From contig NC_068991.1 of the NCBI RefSeq assembly GCF_001194135.2, positions 73,232,020 to 73,296,019 of the forward strand: a stretch of DNA of 64,000 nt. Direction: 5' to 3'. A program made the position numbers and the translations under genes. This stretch comes from Octopus bimaculoides (taxonomy: Eukaryota). The notes under the pieces were generated by a model. That model did no database searches and was not told the origin of the DNA. It saw nothing but the letters and a program-made list of their open reading frames with translations. Each line of letters begins with the position of its first letter. Within the stretch, counting starts at the first letter, position 1. Below, one piece after another: positions 48,930 to 62,297 of the stretch.

Positions 48930-49115
48930 GAGGCGGCGAGCTAGCAGAAACAGCACACCAGGCAAAATGCTTAGCAGTATTTCGTCTGTCTTTACGTTCT
49001 GAGTTTAAATTCCCCCGAGGTCGACTTTGCCTTTCATCCTTTCGAGGTACTGGGGTCGATCTAATCGACTGGCTCTTCCTCCAAAATTTCGGGCCTTGTG
49101 CCTAGAGTAAAAAAG
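48930..49115 (+). mobile_element. SINE family A (A1) with small internal deletion
   Basis: ggcggcgagctagcagaaac..gtatttcgtctgtctttacgttctgagtttaaattcc..gtcgactttgcctttcatcctttcgag/gtactggggtcgatctaatcgactgg..gggccttgtgcctagag. Confidence 0.93.
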
Positions 49116-51102
49116 GGTATAAGTACCGGGTTTAAAAATATAAATAATGGCTGGCGTCGATCGTTTCAATTATGATCCAGTATGATCCAAGTAAAAGATA
49201 AAACTGATACCAGCTTTGGCATTCCCGCACACGGTAGAGTGGGATTAGAAGATGTGGCTGCTATTTTCAGCATACCAAATTGCCTTTATAATGTTCTTAT
49301 ATTGAGAATTGATATGTAAAATCAAATCAAGCGAATTTCGAACTCTAAACATCGAATAACAATATTATTTTCTAAAAGTACTGTAATATAGTCGTCCTTC
49401 AACCGTCTTTCCATAAAGACCACCTTCTATGAAGCAGATAATAGTGCATCGATCGATTTCATAATTTTCACTCGGGAATTCTAAATATTAAATTTACTTC
49501 AAAACGCGGCTTTGATTTATTTCCATTATATTACGACAGCCTTTTAATTCATTTAGGCTAAAATAACTAATTAGCATTGTGCTCCTTTGCGTTGTAAATA
49601 CTTTGATATCTGACTTGTACGACTTGCTTCTTTCTTTTCTGTTTTTCTTCTTCATAGATTCCCAACGAACCATCATGAGAAAAAAAAACCCCTCAGAATA
49701 TTTGCTTCCAAATTAGATCTTGGAAAATGGACATAAAACTATAGATGAAAGCATTTCCAAACGGCAGATATTATTTTGACAGTATTTCTTTAGTATATAA
49801 TTATGAAATCAATTCGTTTTTCTCTACCATTAACCCCTTCTGTTTATAATATCTGATATTTATTACGCCAAATTGGCGACTCTTAGACTGAACACTGTTG
49901 TTACAGCTTTCAATTGGTTCAACGGCAAATAGCCATTGAGGTATTTCAATAATTAAACGTATCTGCGTTGTTTCAAACCGTAATTTTGACTACCACGCAG
50001 GTTTTATGTATAGCAGACGACAATTATATACACATGCTGGGAAATGCCGTATCAATTGAATACCCATTACTATCATTAATAAAAAAAGCAATACAAGTTA
50101 AGAACAAAGCGTTAATGAAATGTCTATATGGTGGGGATAGGAGATACGTCTAATACGATTATATATTTTTCTCTGTTATTATTCTCATACGTACTTCGTG
50201 ATGAAATATATTTGTTTAATATTTATCTATACTACATTTAGAAATCGATGTCCAAAATTTGTATCTATGTTAGTATTATGTATAAATCGATGAATAAAAT
50301 TATCTCTCAACGTATTATGATTATATATCGAGGAATCAAAATTCCTGATAACGATCTGAAATCAAACCAATCGAAATATCGAGTATATTTTAGTATTAAA
50401 ATAAATTGCTTAATTGTACTAAATTATTGTTTCCTCTAATTTCCAAAGAAAAAAAAATGAAATAAAATCTCATAAATTTAAGAATTATTCCTTTCTCTTC
50501 TGTAATTATACTGTAAAACAGACTCACGCGCTCACACACACGCATTTACATATACAATACTACATATTAATTATTAAGAAAAAAGGAGGTAGTTAGAATA
50601 TTGGATAATTATTTATTTTATGATTTCATCTCTTTTGAAATATCAAAGTAAAATGAAGAATTGACCTCTGCATAGAATACCACATTATTTAAGAATGTGT
50701 TTACTTATTTATTAGAACGAAACGAAGTAAATTGTCCCTAGCAAGATTTGAGCACAGAATGAAAAGATTTCGGATGACTACTGCAAGTTAATCTAACCGA
50801 TACATCTAACAACTCTGTCACTTTGTCGTCTTAGACGTACATAGCAGATAAATCAAGGGAGACTTGCAGGAGACTACATTCAACAAAACCGTAATATTTC
50901 AAAAAGGGTTTTTTTTTGTCTGGAGAAAGCAAAAGGGTTTTCATGGCCATTTGAACACCAGAATCTATTGTGTCCAATAAATTCATCAACACCCAAGCAA
51001 AAAGTGTCTTTCTGTGAAGAGAGACATTTTTCCGAAGCGTCAAACGCTTATCATTCAACACCAAATGAACTCAAGAATATATATATATAACAATGGGACA
51101 AG

Positions 51103-51137
<35 letters not shown>

Positions 51138-51139
51138 CC

Positions 51140-51296
51140 ATGGGTTTGTTTAAGTTTCCGTCTACTAAATCTAATTTTCAAGGCTTTGGTTGCCCGATGC
51201 TATAGTAGAAGAGACTTGCCCAAGATGCCACGCAGTGGGACTGAACCCAGAAACACATAGTTGGGAAGCAAGCTTCTTACCACTCAGCCACGCCTG
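51140..51296 (-). mobile_element. SINE family B head
   Basis: agtttccgtctac..aaggctttggt.gcccga.gctatagtagaaga.acttgcccaag.tgccacgcagtgggactgaaccc..gttgggaagcaagcttcttaccactcagccacgcc. Confidence 0.9.
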
Positions 51297-51474
51297 AAAT
51301 GCATATCTAAAACGGGAATTCGGTTGAATGCCTGTGAAGAGTGAATGAAATAGGCGCTGGTTACAAAGTTGAACCTCAAGACGTATTCATTGCAGTAGAA
51401 ATATCTCCGACAAAAATTTCCAAAAGCAAATAATGATTTGTATATGATGTAAATATATGACTAACATATATATT

Positions 51475-51510
<36 letters not shown>

Positions 51511-52428
51511 NNNNNNNNNNNNNNNNNNNNNNNNNNNNNNNNNNNNNNNNNNNNNNNNNNNNNNNNNNNNNNNNNNNNNNNNNNNNNNNNNNNNNNNNNN
51601 NNNNNNNNNNNNNNNNNNNNNNNNNNNNNNNNNNNNNNNNNNNNNNNNNNNNNNNNNNNNNNNNNNNNNNNNNNNNNNNNNNNNNNNNNNNNNNNNNNNN
51701 NNNNNNNNNNNNNNNNNNNNNNNNNNNNNNNNNNNNNNNNNNNNNNNNNNNNNNNNNNNNNNNNNNNNNNNNNNNNNNNNNNNNNNNNNNNNNNNNNNNN
51801 NNNNNNNNNNNNNNNNNNNNNNNNNNNNNNNNNNNNNNNNNNNNNNNNNNNNNNNNNNNNNNNNNNNNNNNNNNNNNNNNNNNNNNNNNNNNNNNNNNNN
51901 NNNNNNNNNNNNNNNNNNNNNNNNNNNNNNNNNNNNNNNNNNNNNNNNNNNNNNNNNNNNNNNNNNNNNNNNNNNNNNNNNNNNNNNNNNNNNNNNNNNN
52001 NNNNNNNNNNNNNNNNNNNNNNNNNNNNNNNNNNNNNNNNNNNNNNNNNNNNNNNNNNNNNNNNNNNNNNNNNNNNNNNNNNNNNNNNNNNNNNNNNNNN
52101 NNNNNNNNNNNNNNNNNNNNNNNNNNNNNNNNNNNNNNNNNNNNNNNNNNNNNNNNNNNNNNNNNNNNNNNNNNNNNNNNNNNNNNNNNNNNNNNNNNNN
52201 NNNNNNNNNNNNNNNNNNNNNNNNNNNNNNNNNNNNNNNNNNNNNNNNNNNNNNNNNNNNNNNNNNNNNNNNNNNNNNNNNNNNNNNNNNNNNNNNNNNN
52301 NNNNNNNNNNNNNNNNNNNNNNNNNNNNNNNNNNNNNNNNNNNNNNNNNNNNNNNNNNNNNNNNNNNNNNNNNNNNNNNNNNNNNNNNNNNNNNNNNNNN
52401 NNNNNNNNNNNNNNNNNNNNNNNNNNNN

Positions 52429-52478
<50 letters not shown>

Positions 52479-52570
52479 TCTACATTTAACCACATACGAG
52501 GTATTCGTCATAAGATTCCTGGCACGCTAGAAGGAATATCTAAAATCCAAACCATAATAAATTTATATAT

Positions 52571-52732
52571 AACGGGCCTCTTTCAGTTTCCGCCAACCAA
52601 ATCCACTCGCAAAACTTCGCTCGGCTTGACATTATAGTAGTAAACACTTCACCAATGTACGACGCAGTGGAACTGAACCCGGTACCGTAGGCTTGGGAAG
52701 CAAGCTTCGTACCACACAGACACGCGTGCGCT
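52571..52732 (-). mobile_element. SINE family B head
   Basis: acgggcctctttcagtttccg...tatagtagtaaacactt...cgcagtggaactgaaccc...gggaagcaagcttc.taccacacag. Confidence 0.88.
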
Positions 52733-53336
52733 TTATATATTCATATACTTAACAGGTAATCACATTATAAAAGATAAAAATTTTTCTTCACTCAAGCGAT
52801 ATTCTGTAGTCGTTTCAGGTACAAAGGTTAATTAGTTCATATATTGATTGTTAAGTAGCAAATCAGATAAAAATTTCATTTACCTTTTTGAAATAGAGTA
52901 ATTATTAAGGTAAATCTTCGGTGAATATTTAAGATAATTAGTAAAACAGATAGATGATAATATGAACACATTCACACACACACAGGCACACACGCACACA
53001 CACAGGCACACACACAGGCACACAGGCACACACATGCACACACACAGGCACACACGCACACACACGCATACGTATGTATAGACATTGTATATGTATATGT
53101 GCATGTGTATGTTTGTATATATACAGAGAAAGAGACAGACATGATTATACATACATATATATATATATATATATACACTGATATATATACATATATATTA
53201 CATATGTAATATATATATATATATACATATATATTACATATATAATATACATATATACATATATATACACATATATAATACGTACATACACGCATATACA
53301 TATATATAACATACATATATACATACATATATATAT

Positions 53337-53388
<52 letters not shown>

Positions 53389-53424
53389 ACCCACATATAC
53401 ATTTATATAGTGAGAATTTACAAA

Positions 53425-53560
53425 AAACTAAAGACGAAGACGGGTATGTAAACAGCAAACAGATGTATTAGTTTAACGCTCAGGAATTGATAAAGTCTTT
53501 TACGTTTCGAGCCTACGCTCTTCAACAGAAAAGAACACAGAAATAAACAGAGAGAGAGAA
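53425..53560 (-). mobile_element. Second copy of the hammerhead-bearing short repeat
   Basis: Homologous to 27350-27530. Confidence 0.75.
53495..53534 (-). ncRNA. Minimal type-I hammerhead-like motif with CUGUUGA core
   Basis: Minus strand UUUU-CUGUUGA-A-GAGC(GUAG)GCUC-GAAA-C-GUA-AAAG. Confidence 0.5.
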
Positions 53561-54114
53561 AAGAAAATAGAGAGAAAGATAGTGTGTATGTATATATATA
53601 TATATACACGCACACACACTCTTTGTCTCTCTCTCTCTCTCTCACACACACACATATATATATATGGATCACTATCTGTCTCTCCGCCTCTCTGAGCATC
53701 TCTCTGTATATACGCGTGTATGTACGTATATATCTACTTGTGTCTGTATATTATTCATCCCTATTTACTTTCATAATGATATGCACATTAAATAACAAAA
53801 ATATCCGCCTTCGGAATTCGACGTTCGATTTATTCTATCAAACCTATTCATTCCTATAACTGAAACGTAAGCAGAATTGATCTACTGTAAAGTCTTTGAA
53901 ATTGTGTTCACATTATATTTAGTCTCCACTAATATATTTCGCAAGTCGTTCGGCCGCTTATGTATTTGATATATTTTTCTGTTCCTGAATCAAACAGGAC
54001 AACGATAAAGATACGGCATCTTACTTTATAGCATATCCGTTATGTGTTTACGTATTGAATTTCTAGTATTTTACGTAACTGATATCTTTATTATCTGTCG
54101 TCCAATCTCTACCA

Positions 54115-54330
54115 ACTGTGGTGATTGTGTAACGTTATAATAGCTGAGCGGTCAAACGGGATTGCTCCAGAATTGATTGGTTCCGGGTTCAATCTGAGTG
54201 TGCTGAATTGGGCGGTGTGTGCTCTTCATTAATATTAGGAGTACCAACAATTTGTGAGTGAAACTTATTTGACGGTACCTGGAGAGATGGTCAGATTAAC
54301 TGGCATTTGTATCTTGCGTGTACCAGGTAT
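54115..54330 (+). mobile_element. Older tRNA-derived SINE (family C), degenerate
   Basis: ggttccgggttcaatc B-box-like motif, then aatttgtgagtgaaa..., followed by (TA)(TG)n. Confidence 0.45.
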
Positions 54331-54332
54331 TG

Positions 54333-54396
<64 letters not shown>

Positions 54397-55654
54397 ATAT
54401 ATATGTATGTATGTATGTATTTATGTATTTATGTATGTATGTAGGTATGTATGTAAGTGTGTGCGAGCGTGGTGTGTAGGTATGTATACACAGACTTATA
54501 CACGCACACATATGTCTATTTGTCTATCTACCGTTATCTCTCTCACACTCTATATATGCATAATAACTACATATACAATACATACATACATACATGCGTA
54601 CACACACACACACACACACGCACACTCACACACACACATATATATGTATGAATGTATGTATGTATGTCCTATCTTCGGTAATATCAACATATCAACAATA
54701 CATACCGTAGTCAGCCTGTTCATAGTGAGGAACACTTCGACATTTATATATTCCCTCGGATAATCTTTTTACTTAAGCCTGTCGTTTTGAAATGTTCGCA
54801 TCAAATCTGAAAGACTCATCGCGAACTAAAGAATACATTTATCTCGTATACTCTGGCTTATTATGAAACCTTTGAGACGCAAGTGCACGTCGTCCCACCC
54901 TCAAAAATCTCAAATATATACATACATGCGTGTACACAAACCGTAACTTAAATTCACCAACGCATCCTGGTAATCTTTATATCTATTATTGAAGGAAGCA
55001 GACAACTATGTTTATGGGTGGTTTGGTAACGCACCCCCACCACAACAGCACGACTCACTTTATATGTGAACAAATCTGGTGATCTTTATCGATATATTGA
55101 TGACGTGAAGTGTATAGAAAAGTATTGTTCTTTTGCATTACAACATAAAATATCATAAAAAGATGAAGTACAACAAACAAACAAAAAAGAGAGAGAGAAA
55201 GAAAGAAAACACTCCCGGCGCTATGTTTAGATAGAAAAATTCTTTATTCGGTTTTCCAATAATTCGATGTTATTTGAAATTAACTTAAATACGAAAATAG
55301 CAAAGTTTGCTTACTCTTGCAATTGGTTATTTAGATTAGAACTAATAAAAACCAATGATGTTTTGTGATCGATGCTTAGCCTATCCTTTCTCATTGCTTT
55401 GAATCTATTGAAATGTAGTCTCGCTTCACTAAATCACTGGAATACATTCTTTGAAATCACACAAAAAAAAAAAATGGAACTAGTTAGCCAGTAAGATAAT
55501 TTAGATTAAAATGATAGCCCCGATAGCTTGCAGTAGTTTTCCTCCTCTAATTAGACACATATTTATACATACGTATATATATACACATATATACATATAT
55601 ACAAACAGGAACACATATACAAATGCACATACATATATAAAAAAGACGTACAGG

Positions 55655-55741
55655 CGTAGTACGTACATCCATCCGTACATCCATCTGTCCATCCATCCAT
55701 CCATCCATCCATCCATCCATCCATACATACATACATAAATT

Positions 55742-55773
<32 letters not shown>

Positions 55774-55790
55774 CATACATACATACAAAA
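55655..55790. repeat. (CATC)n/(CATA)n microsatellite
   Basis: Direct inspection. Confidence 0.95.
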
Positions 55791-56058
55791 GGACAAACAT
55801 ATATGGTGCTGTGAACACCAAATCCACCAAAGTACGATTTTTAAACATCTTCTGCCATTAATGTCGAATACCTCAACAATAGGTTCGCTTGCCTCCTTTA
55901 ATAAATAATGGAAAGAGCGTTTTTTCACCAACTTAGCTTCATTTATACCGGACTATAACAGAACTATTTTGCCCACGTAGGATTTTGCATATACGATCAT
56001 TGACAGCAGCAACGCATAGAGGTTTAACGCATCCCTGAACTACCTATATACAAGAAAA

Positions 56059-56093
<35 letters not shown>

Positions 56094-57351
56094 CACATAA
56101 CCGACTTTGTTCTCAGGATGAGTTTTTGAATGTTTATTCGGCCACCCCAAATATGAGCAATTATCTCCCCTGTCCCAAGTAAAAACTTAACACCAATTNN
56201 NNNNNNNNNNNNNNNNNNNNNNNNNNNNNNNNNNNNNNNNNNNNNNNNNNNNNNNNNNNNNNNNNNNNNNNNNNNNNNNNNNNNNNNNNNNNNNNNNNNN
56301 NNNNNNNNNNNNNNNNNNNNNNNNNNNNNNNNNNNNNNNNNNNNNNNNNNNNNNNNNNNNNNNNNNNNNNNNNNNNNNNNNNNNNNNNNNNNNNNNNNNN
56401 NNNNNNNNNNNNNNNNNNNNNNNNNNNNNNNNNNNNNNNNNNNNNNNNNNNNNNNNNNNNNNNNNNNNNNNNNNNNNNNNNNNNNNNNNNNNNNNNNNNN
56501 NNNNNNNNNNNNNNNNNNNNNNNNNNNNNNNNNNNNNNNNNNNNNNNNNNNNNNNNNNNNNNNNNNNNNNNNNNNNNNNNNNNNNNNNNNNNNNNNNNNN
56601 NNNNNNNNNNNNNNNNNNNNNNNNNNNNNNNNNNNNNNNNNNNNNNNNNNNNNNNNNNNNNNNNNNNNNNNNNNNNNNNNNNNNNNNNNNNNNNNNNNNN
56701 NNNNNNNNNNNNNNNNNNNNNNNNNNNNNNNNNNNNNNNNNNNNNNNNNNNNNNNNNNNNNNNNNNNNNNNNNNNNNNNNNNNNNNNNNNNNNNNNNNNN
56801 NNNNNNNNNNNNNNNNNNNNNNNNNNNNNNNNNNNNNNNNNNNNNNNNNNNNNNNNNNNNNNNNNNNNNNNNNNNNNNNNNNNNNNNNNNNNNNNNNNNN
56901 NNNNNNNNNNNNNNNNNNNNNNNNNNNNNNNNNNNNNNNNNNNNNNNNNNNNNNNNNNNNNNNNNNNNNNNNNNNNNNNNNNNNNNNNNNNNNNNNNNNN
57001 NNNNNNNNNNNNNNNNNNNNNNNNNNTATATATATATATATATTTACATATAAATTCGTTTATATTCGTATATATATATTCGTTTGAACTTCTGTCTTGA
57101 AGAGTTCGGTTAAACGAACGAAAGTGCTAATCAAGAATTATCTAGAATTCATACTACCTCTTTTTTCCCAATATGCGATATCTGTACACCACTTGAAATA
57201 CTCTATACATGCATACAGACACACACACAGACACACATACACCCACACGCACATATGTACATACGTGCATACAAACATTCCCACAATTATATGCCTGTAT
57301 ATATGAATATACATGCACACATACATACGTGCATACAAACATTCAAACAAG

Positions 57352-57417
<66 letters not shown>

Positions 57418-58822
57418 TGTGTGTGTGTGTGTGTGTGTAAACATATAAAGGGTAAAATATATTAAAAATGATAACTTATGCCAGTGGACGGCATGCATAA
57501 AAATTGTCCGTACACTGTAAAATATGTTTGTACATAAGTGTGTATAACCATAGTTAATTATACACTAAGAGGAAAATCACTAAATGGTTCCCTTGCCAGC
57601 TGAGTAGGGTTCCAAAAACTCATAGATGTACATAAGCCAACGCCCCAACAATGAATAGGCCGTCAGGGGAAACTTGACGTCGACCGTATCAAAATTTAAT
57701 CTGATAATAAATTTCCATCTACTTTCAGTATTGGGTCCACCTTCCAACAATGAACTACTGCTTTTTAAAAAACATTCCTTTAAATAGCAGCACCAATTTT
57801 CAATTAAAACGCACACTCAATTGCGTGTATGCTCGTGAGCGTTTCTGTTTGAGTGTGTGGTTTTATCTCTATACATGTATAAGGGTGTTAGAAACTGCGA
57901 GAGAGAAATAGGGAAAAGCGAGTGAGATAGGGAAAAATCGTTTAGAAATGAAGGCCAGAAACACCGATGGGATAGGGTTGAGGTGAGAGATTCCCAGGTG
58001 CGAAATGCGTTTATAGCAGAAGATAGAAGAATCTGCGAAATATAATTGGCCAGAATAGAATTCAAAATAGTACCAAAACTAAAAATATGACATCTTAATT
58101 AAATTTTATATTTCTTTTATTTTACATTAATCAATACATATTTGCAAGATAAAACTATACGAAAACGTATAGAAATGTAAAAATTCGAATGTCGAGGTGT
58201 GATCAATTTGTTTTGCTTTGACCTAACTATAAAAAATTTGGCAGGTAATCATGTATTGATCTGATGAACGAAGGTTTATTTTTTCTTCTTAATTTTCTGT
58301 AATTGTTATGGAGGCCACGCGCACACGCAAATACGTTACTCAACTCACTGCAGTCTAATGCTACAACTTCATTTTTAATATTTCTTAAGTCCCAAAGGAA
58401 ACTCAGTACAAATGTATGGCGTTTTACGTGAATAGGAGTAAATATGCCTATTGTCAATAGATGTTCTCCTTTTGCCCTAGAGATCTTGCGTATGGGCAGT
58501 GTCACGGTTGAGTGTTTTAGAAGTTTGGTTTATAAACATGTGTTTTTAAGTCGGAACCGGCTGTGAGCATCTTGTATCAAAGTTCCGATACGACCCATGG
58601 CATGTCTTCAAGTGATTTTTTGTATAGAAAACTGCAATATGGGTATACATTTATGCAACATGGGTGCGTACGTGAAATGTTTGTGTATGTATGTGTGTGT
58701 GTTTGAAAGTCTGTGTGTGAGAGCGTATTAATGTGTTTCTATGTTTATGTATGCGTGAATCTATATACGCATAAATATGAATATTTGTGTGAATTAGTAG
58801 AATCGATACGTTGAAAGGAAAT

Positions 58823-59008
58823 TCTTTTCTATTCTAGGTACAAGGCCCGACATTTTTGGGGAGGAGGCCAGTCAATTAGATCAACCCCAGTACGCAGCTG
58901 GTACTTTATTTATCGACCCCGAAAGGATGAAAGGCAAAGTCGACCTCAGCGGAATTTGAACTCACAACGTAAAGACACACGAAATACCGCCCGCGTGCTA
59001 ACGTTTCT
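58823..59008 (-). mobile_element. SINE family A (A1), head partly deleted
   Basis: tcttttctattctaggtacaaggcccga...gaccccgaaaggatgaaaggcaaagtcgacctc.gcggaatttgaactc...gaaataccgcccgcgtgctaacgtttct. Confidence 0.93.
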
Positions 59009-59241
59009 TATTTCTTTATTGCTCACAAGGGGCTAAACATAGAGGGGACAAACAAGGATAGACAAAGGGATTAAGTTGATTACATCGACCCCAGTGCGTA
59101 ACTGGTACTTAATCTATCGACCCCGAAAGGATAAAAGGCAAAGCCGACCTTGGCGGAATTTGAACGCAGAACGTAACGGCAGACGAAATACGGTCAAGCA
59201 TTTCGCCCGGCGCGCTAACGTTTCTGTCAGCTCGTCGCCTT
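59009..59241 (-). mobile_element. SINE family A, A2 tail variant, full length
   Basis: Near-identical in layout to 16830-17062. Confidence 0.95.
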
Positions 59242-61869
59242 ACATTGGAAGGAAATTAACAACAATACCACAGTAAGTGTGTTCATTCTATTATTTTAAG
59301 GTGGACGGTTTCAATCTGAGGGCATTTTCACTATTTTCAGTACGTCACAGCGACAACAAAAATACTTGTCTTCTGGCTCGTCGTTGTCCAGTTAGAAATA
59401 AAATGAAGACTCACATTTCACACAAATATGTGTACCGTATTTAACGTATAATTTCCTTCTTTTCGAAACATGGCTGCGACAAAGAAACTTTTCAATATGT
59501 ATCATATCTTGAATTATGTTGATTTTATTATACAATCTCTTTTCTTGGCAAGAAGCGATAATTTCTTGCCAACATCAATCACGCCACTGGTGATTGAACT
59601 CGCAGAGTACACTTATCTTTCTCTGAGATACATTACATCATACCTTGGGTTTAGCTGCTTATCTTGAGAAAGGTTGGAAAACCACTTTAATATACGAGAA
59701 TGAATCCACCTTCATCGATTCCAGTCTTTTAAAAACAATTTCATGTGATTTGCTTTCTTTCTTATTCAAATCGTTTTCTTTCTGCGTCTGTGCTGGTTTA
59801 TGTTTTTTTTTTCTCACTTCTCTTGTTTTCTATTTGTTTTTATATAATTGTTTGTGTGGCTAACTTTGACTGAAGAAATACAATCAGATGGAAACGCTGG
59901 TATCCCAAAGTCGACCTACGTCACTAAATCTTGTCTTTTGTTAACACACATCTTATAAAGGTGTTCACAATGATTAGAATATTCACGTTCAAATCTTCTG
60001 GAATGTGTTCAGAATGAATATACTCATCATCGTCTTAAAGTTTTGTTTCAAGAAAACTTCCTTAGTAATTTTAGAACATTTAATAGTATAGCAAGTCTCT
60101 TGAGCAGAGCGCGTGTTAAAACTGAAACTATTGCATGAAAGAGCTGTTCTAATTTTTTTTACACAGCACAGAAATCTGTGTATTTATTTAATGACGAGTG
60201 GGAACTTGTGTCGCATAATCTAAAGTGAATTGAACATAGCTATGAGCGTTATTGAATTATTACAATAGCTCCTCTACAATGTTATTGATTCAACAGCATT
60301 GGATTCCTTTATAATTACATCAACATGACTAATATTCTAAGCAAACATCAATTATACTAATAAAACAGTGATTTTCCTCTTTAAGATAGATTGAATATGC
60401 AAAGGGTTATGAAGAAGCTCTATTATGCAGTTAAATCTTTCAATATTAGATTGAGGGAAAATAGCTCTGAAATAAAGAACAAACCTCGAACAAAACAACT
60501 AATGAAGCAAAGATTCTTTACGATATCAGAATCATCTAACAATATTGTTGATATTATTTTTCGGAAATTCAATAAGTATCATTCATATAAGGTATGGGAT
60601 ATCAGCTGTGATCCAGTAGATCTACGATCATACGCATTCTGGTTGTGAATATCAGATCGTAAGTAAGTAGGAGTTTGCTGCCATTTGGGAAAGACTTGGC
60701 TACCAATTCCAAAATCCCTTTAGTATTTATTTACTAGGATCACTCCTAGTCAGTAATCCTAATATCAAAGTTATTCGAGCTATCACCAATCTATGGTTTT
60801 ATATGTATGGGTGGATGTATGTATTTATCTGTAGCTACTGCATTGTTCATTGTCTCTTTAAACCAATAATGTGATTTAGGGAACGCTCAGATGTTGTGAC
60901 TAACATGATAAATAGCTACATAGAGTCAGTTTCCCTCGTCACTTCGTGAAAACTTTACTAATTATATCAGATGGATTGTTTTTATTAAACGAAAGGATAA
61001 TACGGAAGTATCTCTGAATATTAAGTTAATTCTTATTATTCCTGTTATAGTTCTGAAAGCAACATTAGCGTATCTATTTAGAATGCATTAAATATATATA
61101 TTGGCTAACAGGCAATTAAAAACATAGATAGCTTTTACTGCTAACCATAAGATAGCTCAGACGTATTTGCAATTGTCTTTCTCATAAACATTAAGAGATA
61201 TCTTTTGTTTAAGATGTAGGATCGTTTATGTTAACAATGAATCAAGAATTAGCAATTATGCTTTGTGTTACCAAACTACTAATGCATCGTTCGAATGGTT
61301 GGATAAAACAAAATTTTAAAAAATAACAATATCGATATTAAACAAAACATCTTACAATAATAGAATTATGATACATCACACGTTATATTCTCGTAAAGGA
61401 AACACTCAATTGTTTTTATTCAAAAGCACGTGATCTTTTGTACATATTTTCGTGTGGAATGGTTTACTATATTTGGTGGGTTTTATGAGAAGATGGAAGG
61501 CCGGCAAAATATGCAGAATCGGTTTTCAAATTCAAAATGGGACAGATAATAAGCACCTATGCATTTTGTATTAATGTGTAGGCTGACAGGAGCTCTTATA
61601 TCATTTCCAAATACCAAATACATTGACAGATACGGATATAGTAAGATAAATATAGAAAATATAAACCTTTAAGCGCAAACATAAGCCACTACTCTAGAAT
61701 CTGGGAAACAGATTATATTTCAAGAAAGAATATCATGTTTAGAAATACAAATACAATAAGATATAAAATATGCGAAATACGAATAGGTAAAATGCTGAAA
61801 ATATTGACGTACACATTTTAGAATACACGAAAATATGTTAGACAAAAACAGAATTACAAGTGATTGCAA

Positions 61870-62010
61870 GCATTGATGAGTGGTTAAGAAATGTGATTCC
61901 CATCTTTGTGCCCATAGAAAAAGTGTGTTTCAACATGACCTTGGTCCAGCAAAAGCCAGGTGAGCGAAACTTAATAGAAGGAGATTGTGTGGAAGATCAT
62001 CGCGGTCCGG
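61870..62010 (+). mobile_element. Older SINE (family C), very degenerate
   Basis: gagtggttaagaa...accttgg.c...gcc.ggtgagcgaaa...gattgtgtggaag. Confidence 0.35.
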
Positions 62011-62297
62011 TTTCTGGCTTGTTTGTTACTTCATCCGCCATCCAGTTTAAAACTACCACCTTCTGTTTCACTAACTTTTGTGGAATCATCTACAATGTGT
62101 GCATTTAACCCCTAACTTTAATCTGATGATGAATTCCATCCTGTCATCTACCAATTTTGGACTCAATGGAAAGTATCGTGGGAGTAGTCTTTTCTCCTCT
62201 AAGCCACAGGAATAACAGACACACATACACAGGCTCACAAGAATAAACACAAACACATTCATATAAATTATATATATATATCATATATGTACTTTGT

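Larger units (their letters stand above)
958..57026. other. 15 assembly gaps (N runs) at about 958-1375, 9472-9579, 11789-12137, 13481-13630, 14806-15667, 20403-20600, 24028-24605, 28736-29465, 31574-31623, 34342-34467, 35094-35498, 36156-36699, 46151-46550, 51511-52428, 56199-57026
   Basis: Runs of n in the sequence, nearly all bordered by (TA)n, (CA)n or (GA)n tracts. Confidence 0.98.

Noticed and set aside
836-57448. Dozens of long ORFs rich in YI/HT/CV/LS dipeptides or X
   Set aside because: They are translations of dinucleotide or tetranucleotide microsatellites and N-gaps.
16665-59241. Repeated SINE ORFs (VRNWYLIYRPRKDERQSRPRRNLN)
   Set aside because: They are the antisense translation of SINE family A, not a gene family.
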